Shown here: in pieces, positions 40,535 through 50,084 of the stretch | Position numbering within the stretch: the first letter of the stretch is position 1 | Layout: each line of letters opens with the position of its first letter | The notes under the pieces: model-generated | What the model was told of the DNA's origin: nothing | What the model saw: only the letters and a program-made list of their open reading frames with translations | The model's database searches: none | Assembly (NCBI GenBank): GCA_003518055.1 | Contig: DOZJ01000001.1 | Location: 68,253 to 132,252 of the forward strand | Length of the DNA: 64,000 bases | Direction of reading: 5' to 3' | Source of the DNA: Candidatus Falkowbacteria bacterium | Lineage (GTDB): Bacteria; Patescibacteriota; Patescibacteriia; UBA11705 | Translations under genes and position numbers: made by a program

Positions 40535-40975
40535 TTAGTTTTTTTTGATCAAATCAAGTAGCTGGTCCGGATTGGCGCTGTAAATTTTGAAATAGGTTTT
40601 GACCGGGGTTTTGGATTCAGCGTAAAGATGAGGGCGGTCTTCAGTAATTAGGGTGAACGATGATTTGGGCAAAAGATAATCACCGGAAAAGACATTGCTG
40701 AAAGCAGCTTTGTAATTTTGATCAAGGTGAACGCGCCACCAAATAAGGTCTTTGACTACAAAAAACATAACATTAGAGGTGAGATAAAGGTCACACTTGA
40801 CGCGTGCTTCTCGGGCGCGAACGAACATTCTGGTTGGTACGGAGGTTTCTTGATACAAAATTTGGGGATGATGTGCAGCGAGGAATTTTTTCCAGCTTCT
40901 GGTTTTTTTGTTGTAAATGTAGAGCGCGATAGCAACAACGACAAAGACGATAATTGAGATGGTAAACTGGTTCAT
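40535..40975 (-). CDS. membrane-anchored hypothetical protein
   Basis: N-terminal TM from MNQFT; TGTTATAAT upstream. Confidence 0.65.
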   Translation of the reverse strand: MNQFTISIIVFVVVAIALYIYNKKTRSWKKFLAAHHPQILYQETSVPTRMFVRAREARVKCDLYLTSNVMFFVVKDLIWWRVHLDQNYKAAFSNVFSGDYLLPKSSFTLITEDRPHLYAESKTPVKTYFKIYSANPDQLLDLIKKN

Positions 40976-41075
40976 AAAATAAAAATATAATTTAGACAGA
41001 TTTATTATAACATAATTAGAACAGTTAATGGATAAAAAACACAGACGGCGTCTGTGTTTTTTTGTTAAATTCAAT

Positions 41076-41726
41076 TTATTGTCCGGTTAAACTGCCTCGG
41101 CCAACATTTTCAATTCCTCGGTCTTTTTGGCGGCCGGCAACTCCGGCTCGGAAGGCCTCTGATGTTTTACCGGAGAAAAGATGACCAACCGCGGCTCGGA
41201 ACTCCGACCAGCGTTTATTGGCTGCGCGCGCTTCACTGCCCGGGAGCCAGTTTTTGAAGCGGCTGCCAAAGCCCTTTTGCGGGATGCGATTGCATTCTTC
41301 GGTGAGGCGGTCTAATTCTCTCTTGATCACAACAACTTCAGCGTCAGTAAAGTCACCGGGGTGGGGATTTTTTTTGTCGAGGATTTGTTTGAATAGCTCG
41401 GCAGAACCCTGTTCAGCGTCTTTGACAGCCTGCTCAAAGGTTTTGGCCTTGAGGTCGGCTTCTCGGGCCAACATTGCTTCATGTTCTTCCTGATTTGTTT
41501 GACGCGAGGCTTCGCGGCGCATATCGGTCGCTTGCTGGCGGGATTCTTGAATCCTTTCACCTTTTTCCTGCCGCCATTGTCGGGCGGCAGATGATAACTC
41601 AATTTTGGGTTTGGCGCCCGGAACAATCTCACGTCGAGGCGTTTCGCTGCCTGTTTTTACCACCTTCAAGTCTGGTTTATTCTGGCGTTGAGGGTCCGAT
41701 CGCGGCATTTTTTCTCCAAAGGCCAT
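41076..41726 (-). CDS. charged helical hypothetical protein
   Basis: 216-aa ORF followed by terminator aaaaacacagac-ggc-gtctgtgttttt. Confidence 0.7.
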   Translation of the reverse strand: MAFGEKMPRSDPQRQNKPDLKVVKTGSETPRREIVPGAKPKIELSSAARQWRQEKGERIQESRQQATDMRREASRQTNQEEHEAMLAREADLKAKTFEQAVKDAEQGSAELFKQILDKKNPHPGDFTDAEVVVIKRELDRLTEECNRIPQKGFGSRFKNWLPGSEARAANKRWSEFRAAVGHLFSGKTSEAFRAGVAGRQKDRGIENVGRGSLTGQ

Positions 41727-41820
41727 AAATGTATGATTAGTTAATTATATAATACAAATAAATTATAACAAAATAAGATAAAAATAGATAGAAATATGGT
41801 GAATAACTGAAAAATCGCGG

Positions 41821-42594
41821 TTATTTTTGAGTATTTATAGGCTGGCTGACAGTATACAGTCCTTCAAATACAGCCGAAAAGGTTTCGTGTAGATCTTGAG
41901 ATTCAATAATGATCGCGGATTTTTCTTTGACGGAGGATAGGAGTAATGTTTTGTTGTCGAAGAGAATGATGATAGATTTGAATTTATTGTGCATGATTGG
42001 GGGCAAGATTCGGGGATGTCTAAAGGCGATATCAATTGTTTCAATATGACGGTGGGAAATGTCAGCTTCCCACAATGACCGAGCGGAGAGGCCGCGTTGT
42101 TTTCTCGCGGTCATAAAGTATTTAGCGTAGTCTCGATTGAACTCAGAAAAAAAATTGTTTTTTGGCGCAATAATATCCCAGTGGTTGTTGTGACAATATA
42201 GAGCTTCTTCGACCGCTAATTTTATTTCCTCGATTCCTTCATAATGGGTGACCTTGATTGGTCTCATTTTGTCGGCGGTCGGTTGAATGAAGGGGATAAG
42301 ATTGGCCATTTCAGCTTTTTGCATTTCGAGGATGGCGATTTTCTCATCATAAAGTCTGGTTAGGTTAGCCGGCGGAGTCATTAGAAAATAGGTTTTGGCT
42401 AGGTGGTTGATACGGCTGGTTAGGCCTTTTTGTTTCAAGGTGTCCAGAGCATGATAGATTGTGGTTCGGTTAATCTGTGTTTGTTTGACCAATTCATTGA
42501 CGCTGACGCGATCATAACTCAAACCGGCAAGGTAGATTTTGGCTTCGGTTGCGGTGAGGCCGATTTTTTGGAGAAATGTTTGGATGTCTGTCAT
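41821..42594 (-). CDS. TrmB-family HTH transcriptional regulator
   Basis: IGL...EAKIYLA.L, RTTIY..L..L..KGL, YEG.E.I. Confidence 0.85.
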   Translation of the reverse strand: MTDIQTFLQKIGLTATEAKIYLAGLSYDRVSVNELVKQTQINRTTIYHALDTLKQKGLTSRINHLAKTYFLMTPPANLTRLYDEKIAILEMQKAEMANLIPFIQPTADKMRPIKVTHYEGIEEIKLAVEEALYCHNNHWDIIAPKNNFFSEFNRDYAKYFMTARKQRGLSARSLWEADISHRHIETIDIAFRHPRILPPIMHNKFKSIIILFDNKTLLLSSVKEKSAIIIESQDLHETFSAVFEGLYTVSQPINTQK

Positions 42595-42769
42595 ATGTTA
42601 TGGTTTGATTATAGTGGATAGATGAAGTGTTGTCAAACAATATTTGTAATATAATTTGTTGTAATTTGGCGATAAATTGGTGTGTGTTGATGTATGATTG
42701 TAAACAGAGATTAACGGATGCACTTGGCAGGCGTATATTGTTAATGTAGAATAAATGGTTCTTTGACAG

Positions 42770-42970
42770 CAAAGCAAGAAAGTGAGTACAGCGAGTACAG
42801 TGAGATAAGCGAGTAAAGCGACCCTTCGAGAGCCCTGCCTACCGGCAGGCAGGCTCAAGATGACAAGTAAAGGAAAATAAGCGAGATAAGCCCTTCGACA
42901 AGCTCAGGACAGGCTCAAGATCAGCAAGCAGGCAACCAGCCTGCGCTAAAGCTACGGCTGACAAGCAAAG
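42770..42970 (+). repeat. composite of REP-like palindromes and heptamer repeats in the 5' leader
   Basis: cccttcgagagc[cctgcctaccggcaggcagg]ctcaag, cccttcgacaagctcagg, cagcctgcgctaaagctacggctg. Confidence 0.85.
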
Positions 42971-42985
42971 TAAAGGAGAAGACAA

Positions 42986-43867
42986 ATGATTATTGATATC
43001 CATGCTCACACCAGTAGTCATAAGATGTGGGGTCTGCATACTGATGATGCATCGATTGAGAAATTAAAAGCTGAGGCGTGGCGAATGGGAGTAAGTCGGA
43101 CGGTGCTGTTGGCGACATATTTTCCATTCAAGGGAACTGGATTGTCTAATGTGGAATTGCTGCGGAGAATTCAGGGTGAAGAGTTGTTCTTGGCCTTTGG
43201 CAGCTTGGATGTGATGAATTATTTGGATGAGGGCGTGGCGGAACTGGAACAATTGGCTTTTAATAGATTGATCAGGGGGATAAAATTGTATCCCGGGTAT
43301 CAGGTATTTAATCCGTCTGATATCAATTTGGATGATGTATATGATTTGGCGCAAATGTTTGATTTGCCGGTAATGTTTCACGGTGGAGAGCTGCATCACT
43401 GCTGTCCGAGTGAACAGAGAGCGGCTGGAGGATTTAAATGCAAGCACGATCCATGCCCGATTAATTTGTATCAACATTTGAGTCATCCAGATCGATTGAG
43501 GCCGATGTTAAAGAGATATGGTGATGTAAAATTTATTGTCAGCCATTTGGCTAATCCGTATTTTGAGGCTTTGAGAGGATTGATGGCGGAATTTGACAAT
43601 GTTTATACGGATATATCAGGTCAGTTCGTTTCCGGTAACCACAATTCAGATGAAGATACGCCGGAGAATCGGCAGCAAATTGTTGATCAGATCAAACGAT
43701 TTTGCGATTTGCCTCGAGGCGTGGAGCGGATTCTGTTTGGCACGGATTTTCCCATTCAATCGTATGATGATTCGGTCTGGTTGGTGGAAAATTTAGGATT
43801 AACGCCGGTGGAGCGGGCGAAGATTTATTGGCATAATGCGGGGAGCGTTTTAGGGTTTAGCGATTAG
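42986..43867 (+). CDS. amidohydrolase (Amidohydro_2 TIM barrel)
   Basis: IDIHAH, GIKLYPGYQ, PVMFH, SHLANP, TDIS, LFGTDFP. Confidence 0.9.
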   Translation: MIIDIHAHTSSHKMWGLHTDDASIEKLKAEAWRMGVSRTVLLATYFPFKGTGLSNVELLRRIQGEELFLAFGSLDVMNYLDEGVAELEQLAFNRLIRGIKLYPGYQVFNPSDINLDDVYDLAQMFDLPVMFHGGELHHCCPSEQRAAGGFKCKHDPCPINLYQHLSHPDRLRPMLKRYGDVKFIVSHLANPYFEALRGLMAEFDNVYTDISGQFVSGNHNSDEDTPENRQQIVDQIKRFCDLPRGVERILFGTDFPIQSYDDSVWLVENLGLTPVERAKIYWHNAGSVLGFSD

Positions 43868-43905
43868 CGTTTAGCGTATAGTCATTGAGAGAATGGGGGT
43901 AAACG

Positions 43906-44139
43906 ATGAGAGTGATTCGAAGTACTGATGTGGTGAAGGTTACATGTCCGCACGGTGAAAGTATAATGGAAATTAAGATGAATGATGTTTGTGTCTCTGA
44001 TGTAGGTCATCCATGCAGTCAATGGATTAATTGTGGTGTTTGTGGCCGAATGATTTGTTTGGGAGATGGGGATATTCCTCGGCATTGGTGGGTAGCGTTG
44101 TATGGTGAAACCAACCATCACGAAAGGAGGCGAAGATGA
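43906..44139 (+). CDS. small Zn-ribbon protein, paralog D
   Basis: MRVI...VTCPH...ME...DV...CGVC, same pattern as 1319-2298. Confidence 0.65.
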   Translation: MRVIRSTDVVKVTCPHGESIMEIKMNDVCVSDVGHPCSQWINCGVCGRMICLGDGDIPRHWWVALYGETNHHERRRR

Positions 44140-44948
44140 ATATTCTGATTACCGCTGGTTCCAGCATGAGTATGCTTGATCAGGTTCGCGGTTTATTTCC
44201 TGTTTACCCTGATGATGATTCACAAGGCATTGGTCTGGGGAATATCTTTTGGGGAACAACCGGGAGAGAGATTGCCGAGGCGCTGGCGCCATATCATCGC
44301 GTGACATTAATTACTTCGGGATCGTTAAAACTGATTGATCGGGAAATCAGGCTGGTTACGTCTTGGCAAAATTTTTCCCCGGGCAATTCACGCGTTTTTA
44401 CCTTTGGTTCGGACGAGAGTATTTATTGCATTCGGGGGGTTAATTACCGGACGTTTGAAGATTTGGCAGAGTTGATGGAACAAGAAATACGGACCGGTGA
44501 ATACGATGTGATTATCCATTCGGCGGCGGTCAATGATTTTGCGATTGAGTCTGTCTGGTGCCGAACCGATGCTGGTGAAATGGTTCAGGTTGATGCCTCG
44601 ACTAAAATTTCTTCCAGTAAGCCGGAATTGTTTTTGAAGCTCAAGCCGACATACAAAATTGTGGACAAGATTAAACGCGATTGGGGTTTCAAGGGCGTGT
44701 TGGTCAAATTCAAGCTTCAAGTGGGAATGTCAGATGAGGAATTGATTGAAATTGCAAAGCGGAGCCGAAAGGCTTCAGACGCGGATATGATGGTCGCAAA
44801 TTGTCTTGAATGGGCAAGAGAACGCGCATACGTTATTAACGCTGATGATGAAGTAACAAATGCGGATAGGTCACAACTGCCGACAGCAATTTGGAAGGTT
44901 GTCAGATCAATGATTCCGCTTGAAACAGAAGACGGAAAAGAGCGATAA
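44136..44948 (+). CDS. coaB: phosphopantothenate--cysteine ligase-like protein (stand-alone CoaB)
   Basis: ILITAG...D.VR, N..G.TG..IA, IHSAAVNDF, KISS, LVKFKL, VAN. Confidence 0.8.
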   Translation: MNILITAGSSMSMLDQVRGLFPVYPDDDSQGIGLGNIFWGTTGREIAEALAPYHRVTLITSGSLKLIDREIRLVTSWQNFSPGNSRVFTFGSDESIYCIRGVNYRTFEDLAELMEQEIRTGEYDVIIHSAAVNDFAIESVWCRTDAGEMVQVDASTKISSSKPELFLKLKPTYKIVDKIKRDWGFKGVLVKFKLQVGMSDEELIEIAKRSRKASDADMMVANCLEWARERAYVINADDEVTNADRSQLPTAIWKVVRSMIPLETEDGKER

Positions 44949-44949
44949 A

Positions 44950-45522
44950 ATGAAAGTACTACTTGGTGTAACTGGATCAGTAGCGGCGACTTTAATGCGC
45001 AAATTGGTTGATGCTTTGCATGCAGCTGGCTGTGATGTTCGTGTAATTGCCACGAAGAGTTCAGAGTATTTTTTCAGCAAAAAGTGCGTCGGGACGGTGC
45101 CGGTTAAAGTTTATACAGATCAGGATGAATGGCCGAAAGCGAGATATGAAAAAGACGATAATGTGCTGCATATTCAACTTCGGGATTGGGCGGATGTTTT
45201 GATAGTCGCGCCACTAAGCGCCAATACGTTGGCCAAGTGCGCTCAAGGTCTATGTGATAATCTGTTGACATGTGTTGTCCGGGCATGGGATCGAAATAAG
45301 CCGTTGGTAATCGCGCCGGCGATGAATACGAAAATGTGGGAGAATCCATTTACCGGACGGCATTTGGTCGCGATGAGGGAGGTCTACCGATCAATTATCG
45401 TCCAACCGGTGGTAAAGAGATTGGCTTGTGGTGACGAGGGTGTCGGGGCGATGGTAAGGGTTGAAGATATTGTGAAGGCGGTTACGAATTTACAAAAGGT
45501 TATGGATATTACAAAAATTTGA
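44950..45522 (+). CDS. coaC: phosphopantothenoylcysteine decarboxylase (HFCD flavoprotein, Hal3-like)
   Basis: GVTGSVAA, LHIQLRDWAD, APLSANTLAK, PAMNTKMW, LACGDEGVGAM. Confidence 0.88.
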   Translation: MKVLLGVTGSVAATLMRKLVDALHAAGCDVRVIATKSSEYFFSKKCVGTVPVKVYTDQDEWPKARYEKDDNVLHIQLRDWADVLIVAPLSANTLAKCAQGLCDNLLTCVVRAWDRNKPLVIAPAMNTKMWENPFTGRHLVAMREVYRSIIVQPVVKRLACGDEGVGAMVRVEDIVKAVTNLQKVMDITKI

Positions 45523-45633
45523 ATATTACTGAAACACGAATTCACAGATGGGCTGCTGGTGGAGGTTGCCGCGTAGTAATCGTGTACCCCACGTTGTTGG
45601 AGATAGAATAAGTATGGAGTTGAGTTAAGCAAA

Positions 45634-45662
45634 TAACACAGATTAACCAGTCTGTGTTTTTT
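45634..45662 (+). terminator. terminator, near-duplicate at 49519-49546
   Basis: acacagatt-aacc-agtctgtgtttttt. Confidence 0.75.
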
Positions 45663-45785
45663 GTACGGATTTACGGAGATTACTAATTCCAACTTTCCGG
45701 CTGCATTTTTTTTGCCAATGTTATCATGTAACCATTTTCTTCGTCACGCTGAATTTATTTGTCCATCATTATTTCATGTTTTATG

Positions 45786-48674
45786 TTACGGCCAAATCGG
45801 ATAATCCTCAGCGCCCAATTTTTGATTTACCGGAGCGTTTTCTCCGCTTACCGCATACTGAAAAGCGAACGCCGCAATAGTGTATCCCATGTCAGTCCAA
45901 ACCGTAAATTCGTTCATCGGCGCCATCCGCGACCATGGAGCATACTGCTGCAGTGCCGGGATTGAATTCATGTTTGGATAAAAACCATTGTAAACCATGC
46001 ATTGCCAATAATCCTCTGGGGTGCAAATACCGTTGGTATATGTTTTGTAATGCGGCCCATTGATCGGCAAACCAGGAACCGGTTCTGATTGGGAGTCGTA
46101 CATCGAATTCAAATGCAACGGAAACTCCGGTGAGTTATAGCCTAATCCCGTGATCCACGATTTACCATTTGGGTTCGCTCCGAGCTGATAATCAATATTT
46201 ACAGCCACCGTATCAATATATTTTTGCTCTGGTTTGAATTTATAAGCCAAAATTACCGGTAGGACATATTGGGTGGCGGTCGTGCCCGAACCCCAAGCAA
46301 TATTATAGCCGGGTCCACGGCTGGTTAGATATTTGTTTTGATCCAAGTAGCCGACAAATTGGTCAGCCGAAGCGATAATCCGGTTGATAATTTCGGTTTT
46401 GAGTGTTTGATCAGTATTATCAGAGGTTGCCTGGGTGTAATTCCACAAGAAATGAACGGTATTGTAATGCGTTGGCCCCTTTAAATCATGCCAGAGAGAT
46501 TTGAATATATCTTGGTATGTGGCCTGACCGGTCGCCGTGAACAATGAACCCGCCGCCGACATCCTGACCCAATTGAGTTCCACTTTTTTCTGGTCGTCCG
46601 TTCTTGTCACCGGGCTGGTAGTACCGAACGTTGTTTGACTATCAGCCCAAGCAAACGCCTTGGCGGCTTTATCAATCAACGCCTGTCCTTGGGCTGGTTG
46701 ATGGTACTTATCCCGAAGCAATCGTCCTGCTTGAGCTGCTGTTGAGGCGAAATAATAACTTGCGTAGCGATTTTTGGCATAGGTCCAGTAAGTCAAAGTA
46801 TCTCCTTCACAGCCGCTAAACGCCGGATGGCCCGAGGCCTGCACGCCGGCGCGGATCGCGCCGTCTGATTCCTGTAGTTGCTCAAACAATTTTAAGCCGA
46901 ACAAAGCTTCATCCAGCAAATCCGGCAGCCCATTGCCGCTTTCAGGCAAATTAAACAGGTTGTCAGTCAGCTTGTCAGAAAAGATTTCTTGAACCGCGAG
47001 TAAATGAGCCACTGTCGTGAGATGAACCGGTCGTCGGTCATAATCGCCCGCATCATACCAGCCGCCTGTTAAACTCAGTAAATTTTGCTTGGGAGTGGAA
47101 GCTGGAAAATCTTTGCCCCAGTCTTCGAGTGCGTCGCTTTTATACACTTGGGTATGACAGATTCCGTGAGTCCAATCACTGTTGGCATTCCCGATTGAAA
47201 TACCTGCTCGTTGATGATACAAACCGCGAGCCACTGAATACAAACCATTAAATTGATTTCCTCCGATGTTAAAGATCACGGATCGTCCGATTCCTGATAC
47301 CTCCAAATAATAGCGACCGGATGACAAATTATTTAAATTAATTTGAAAAACATTTTCTCCGGCCTGACTATCAAAACCGCGACTGCTCAAAATTCCTTCA
47401 GTCACAGTAATTCCATCAGCGGCTCGGTTTATGATATAAGTTGTTCCTGCTGGTATGGTTAATGCCCCGTTACTGCCAAGCCAATAACCCACATAAGCAT
47501 ATTTTTTCTGACTGACACCGCTGTAGCCCAATTGGTTGATTTTTATCGCTTGACTCACTGCCTCATTTTGTCCAAACGTAAAGGTAATGGTTGGAAAGGT
47601 ATGACTTTCAGCTCGATAAGAACCATTGGTTCCGTCATAATCATACCAGCGATAATTACCGCTATTAAAGTACAAGCTGTATTGACGGTCCAATTGGAAT
47701 TCTGAGTCAAAGGTTAAATATATTTGATGTCTCAAGACTCTATCCGCCAGGGTCTGGCCATTTTTATCATGATCATCAGCATCAAGTGTAGCGGTAAAAC
47801 GTCCTATTTGGCTTGGTGTTTTTCCCCCGGCAAAATTTTGATCAACCGTAGAGATCAATGACCAATTGGCCGCGGTCATAAGCGCTGTTGGATTAAAATC
47901 TCCGTCTATCTCCACCCTTAATATTTTGGTTGTGATCGGCGCCAAACGTCCCACCTGGGTCTGAGATATTGGCGTATCTGATTGGTTGGTTACCGGGAGA
48001 TCAGCGTACGATTCCGATGGGTCAATAGTAACAATACGATCAAACCTTAAACCCAAAGATAAAAAAACTGTTTCATTGATAAGATGTTTTTTGTATTGCG
48101 TGTTGGTACCGTTTGGATCAGGCACAATTTGATAAACCGGCGCTGAATGCTGATATTTTATGATCGAATAATCTGGGTGGTGATCTGTGTAATTGATTAC
48201 TTCGCCTTCTTGGTATTTTGCGATCAACTCATCTGACGCGTCTTCAATCCACTGATACTGATATCCCAAGCCCGTGAAAACCGCTTCAGTTTGAATCCAG
48301 GATTTTTTATTATTGATAATAAAATATACCCGAGGGTTATTAACACTCTTCATCAAAGCTCCGTATTGAGGAGCATAATTTGCCCCCCAAGGCATAAAGC
48401 CAAGCGTATCGTCGGGTACAGCCGCGAGTTTGGTCAGTGTGGTCACCTCCACATCAGACCAATGATTAAAATACGAAAAAAACTTTTGCGGATTATTAAA
48501 CGGCCGCTTGGTGCAGGCTTGAGTGATAAAAAAAACAGTCTTGCTTTGACTTGTTTTATACGCCTTTCCCTGAACCAGCGCACACCCCACCGCTTGGGCT
48601 GTTTGGTCGCCGGGTGGGAAATTGATTGCCAGCATAATCAGCGCCAGAAATAAACCTAAAATTTTTATTTTCAT
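45786..48674 (-). CDS. secreted glycoside hydrolase family 9 with Ig-like domain and N-terminal surface repeats
   Basis: signal peptide; INQLGY; GGWYDAGD; ESGNGLPDLLDEA; LGANP..SWITGLG..P.H; NEFT. Confidence 0.88.
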   Translation of the reverse strand: MKIKILGLFLALIMLAINFPPGDQTAQAVGCALVQGKAYKTSQSKTVFFITQACTKRPFNNPQKFFSYFNHWSDVEVTTLTKLAAVPDDTLGFMPWGANYAPQYGALMKSVNNPRVYFIINNKKSWIQTEAVFTGLGYQYQWIEDASDELIAKYQEGEVINYTDHHPDYSIIKYQHSAPVYQIVPDPNGTNTQYKKHLINETVFLSLGLRFDRIVTIDPSESYADLPVTNQSDTPISQTQVGRLAPITTKILRVEIDGDFNPTALMTAANWSLISTVDQNFAGGKTPSQIGRFTATLDADDHDKNGQTLADRVLRHQIYLTFDSEFQLDRQYSLYFNSGNYRWYDYDGTNGSYRAESHTFPTITFTFGQNEAVSQAIKINQLGYSGVSQKKYAYVGYWLGSNGALTIPAGTTYIINRAADGITVTEGILSSRGFDSQAGENVFQINLNNLSSGRYYLEVSGIGRSVIFNIGGNQFNGLYSVARGLYHQRAGISIGNANSDWTHGICHTQVYKSDALEDWGKDFPASTPKQNLLSLTGGWYDAGDYDRRPVHLTTVAHLLAVQEIFSDKLTDNLFNLPESGNGLPDLLDEALFGLKLFEQLQESDGAIRAGVQASGHPAFSGCEGDTLTYWTYAKNRYASYYFASTAAQAGRLLRDKYHQPAQGQALIDKAAKAFAWADSQTTFGTTSPVTRTDDQKKVELNWVRMSAAGSLFTATGQATYQDIFKSLWHDLKGPTHYNTVHFLWNYTQATSDNTDQTLKTEIINRIIASADQFVGYLDQNKYLTSRGPGYNIAWGSGTTATQYVLPVILAYKFKPEQKYIDTVAVNIDYQLGANPNGKSWITGLGYNSPEFPLHLNSMYDSQSEPVPGLPINGPHYKTYTNGICTPEDYWQCMVYNGFYPNMNSIPALQQYAPWSRMAPMNEFTVWTDMGYTIAAFAFQYAVSGENAPVNQKLGAEDYPIWP

Positions 48675-49082
48675 ATATTGACAGCATTATGAATGATACT
48701 TTTTATTATTATTATCATTGCTCATCGCGAGATGACTTGCCGAGACTCGATTCTTGATAGCGATTTTTGAGCGTGGAACTGGGTCAAGTCGAGGCTTCAT
48801 GATATTAATTCGATCTCCAATCAACAAATTAACTTAATTGATCATTATAGTTATTATTTTAGGTCAACAATCAAATTTTGACCAGAGTCGATCATTTATT
48901 CTCTCAATTTACTTTTTATACCATAAGATGGTTATTTCACTTTTTCGTCATGTTTCTTTTGCGATGGGTGATGAGTTTTTTCGAATTGGAAAATATGCTC
49001 AAGTTTAGCTAAAAATTTATAAATTCTTTATTGGTCCCCGCGGATGTTTAAAAGGTAGCTTTATTTATGTAAAAATAAAATA

Positions 49083-49111
49083 TTGACAAAGTCTCTGTAG
49101 CGTGATATAAT
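49083..49111 (+). promoter_or_regulatory. consensus sigma70 promoter
   Basis: TTGACA-17-TATAAT with extended TG. Confidence 0.85.
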
Positions 49112-49140
49112 AACCAGTCAATCACAGAAAGGAGATCGCG

Positions 49141-49497
49141 ATGTCGTTGCCGGGGCGTCGGTTGGAAGATGGTGTATTTGTGATTTTAGGCACCTTGCTT
49201 ATCGTCGGGTTAATTCTCTTGGTCAGTGTGGTTATTTATTTTACGCTGAATCTGTTGTTTGATTTGGCGGTGGTGATTTTGGATCCAAAGACAATGTGGG
49301 ATGACAGTCTGAGGCAGAATGTTCCGGCCAATCCTGCCTTTTGGTATACGGAAACGATTTTGATTCCGGTGTTCAGCGTTGGTGGTGCGTTTTTGTTAGT
49401 GCTGTATTCGCCTCGATTGATAGAGAGAATGAAGGAAATCAAGGCTAGGGCAAATGAATCTACCGACGGCTCAGAGAAGAGCCCTGGGTGTAAATGA
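49141..49497 (+). CDS. small 2-TM protein
   Basis: aaaggag SD, consensus promoter, terminator after. Confidence 0.75.
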   Translation: MSLPGRRLEDGVFVILGTLLIVGLILLVSVVIYFTLNLLFDLAVVILDPKTMWDDSLRQNVPANPAFWYTETILIPVFSVGGAFLLVLYSPRLIERMKEIKARANESTDGSEKSPGCK

Positions 49498-49601
49498 ATT
49501 TTTGATTAAGTGACGAGAGCACAGATTAACCAATCTGTGTTTTTTAAATTATGGATTTACGGATAAGTATTAATATTACAAATAAAAAATAACAGGCGAT
49601 A

Positions 49602-49630
49602 TTGACAAACGCAACTGGGTTGCGTATGAT
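49602..49630 (+). promoter_or_regulatory. zur promoter with 7-3-7 operator
   Basis: TTGACA-17-TATGAT; acgcaac-tgg-gttgcgt fills the spacer. Confidence 0.75.
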
Positions 49631-49636
49631 GAGGTT

Positions 49637-50047
49637 ATGGAATATGTTTTGCGCCAATATCGAGACAAGCAGATGCGGTTGACCAAGGTTAGAGAGGCCC
49701 TGGCTGAGATTTTTTGTCAGACCGAAAGACCGTTAACAGTACCGGAAATTTTGGTGAAGCTAGAACAAAGTAATTTAAGACCGAACAAAACCACGGTGTA
49801 TCGGGAGCTTGAAATTTTGATAAAAAATGAAATATTAAAAGAGGTTTATTTTAACGATGATAAAAAACGATATGAACTCGATCGCGATCATCACCATCAT
49901 TTGGTCTGTAAGCAATGCGGAGAGGTAATTGAAATTGAGTGTGATCACAGCTTTGAGCTGCAAGTTGAGGCCGTGGCAAAAAAAAATAATTTTGTGATTG
50001 AGACCGAGTCGCTGGAGTTTTTTGGACAATGCAAAAATTGTGTTTAA
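49637..50047 (+). CDS. zur: Fur-family repressor, probably Zur
   Basis: TTVYREL, HHHHLVCKQCG, C-terminal CKNC; upstream of a ZIP transporter. Confidence 0.85.
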   Translation: MEYVLRQYRDKQMRLTKVREALAEIFCQTERPLTVPEILVKLEQSNLRPNKTTVYRELEILIKNEILKEVYFNDDKKRYELDRDHHHHLVCKQCGEVIEIECDHSFELQVEAVAKKNNFVIETESLEFFGQCKNCV

Positions 50048-50084
50048 ATTTATCACATAATACTTATGAACTCGTAGAAGGTTA

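Noticed and set aside
44950-45522. LanD-type RiPP decarboxylase
   Set aside because: Adjacent to a CoaB homologue; no precursor ending in Cys and no LanB/C/M or YcaO nearby
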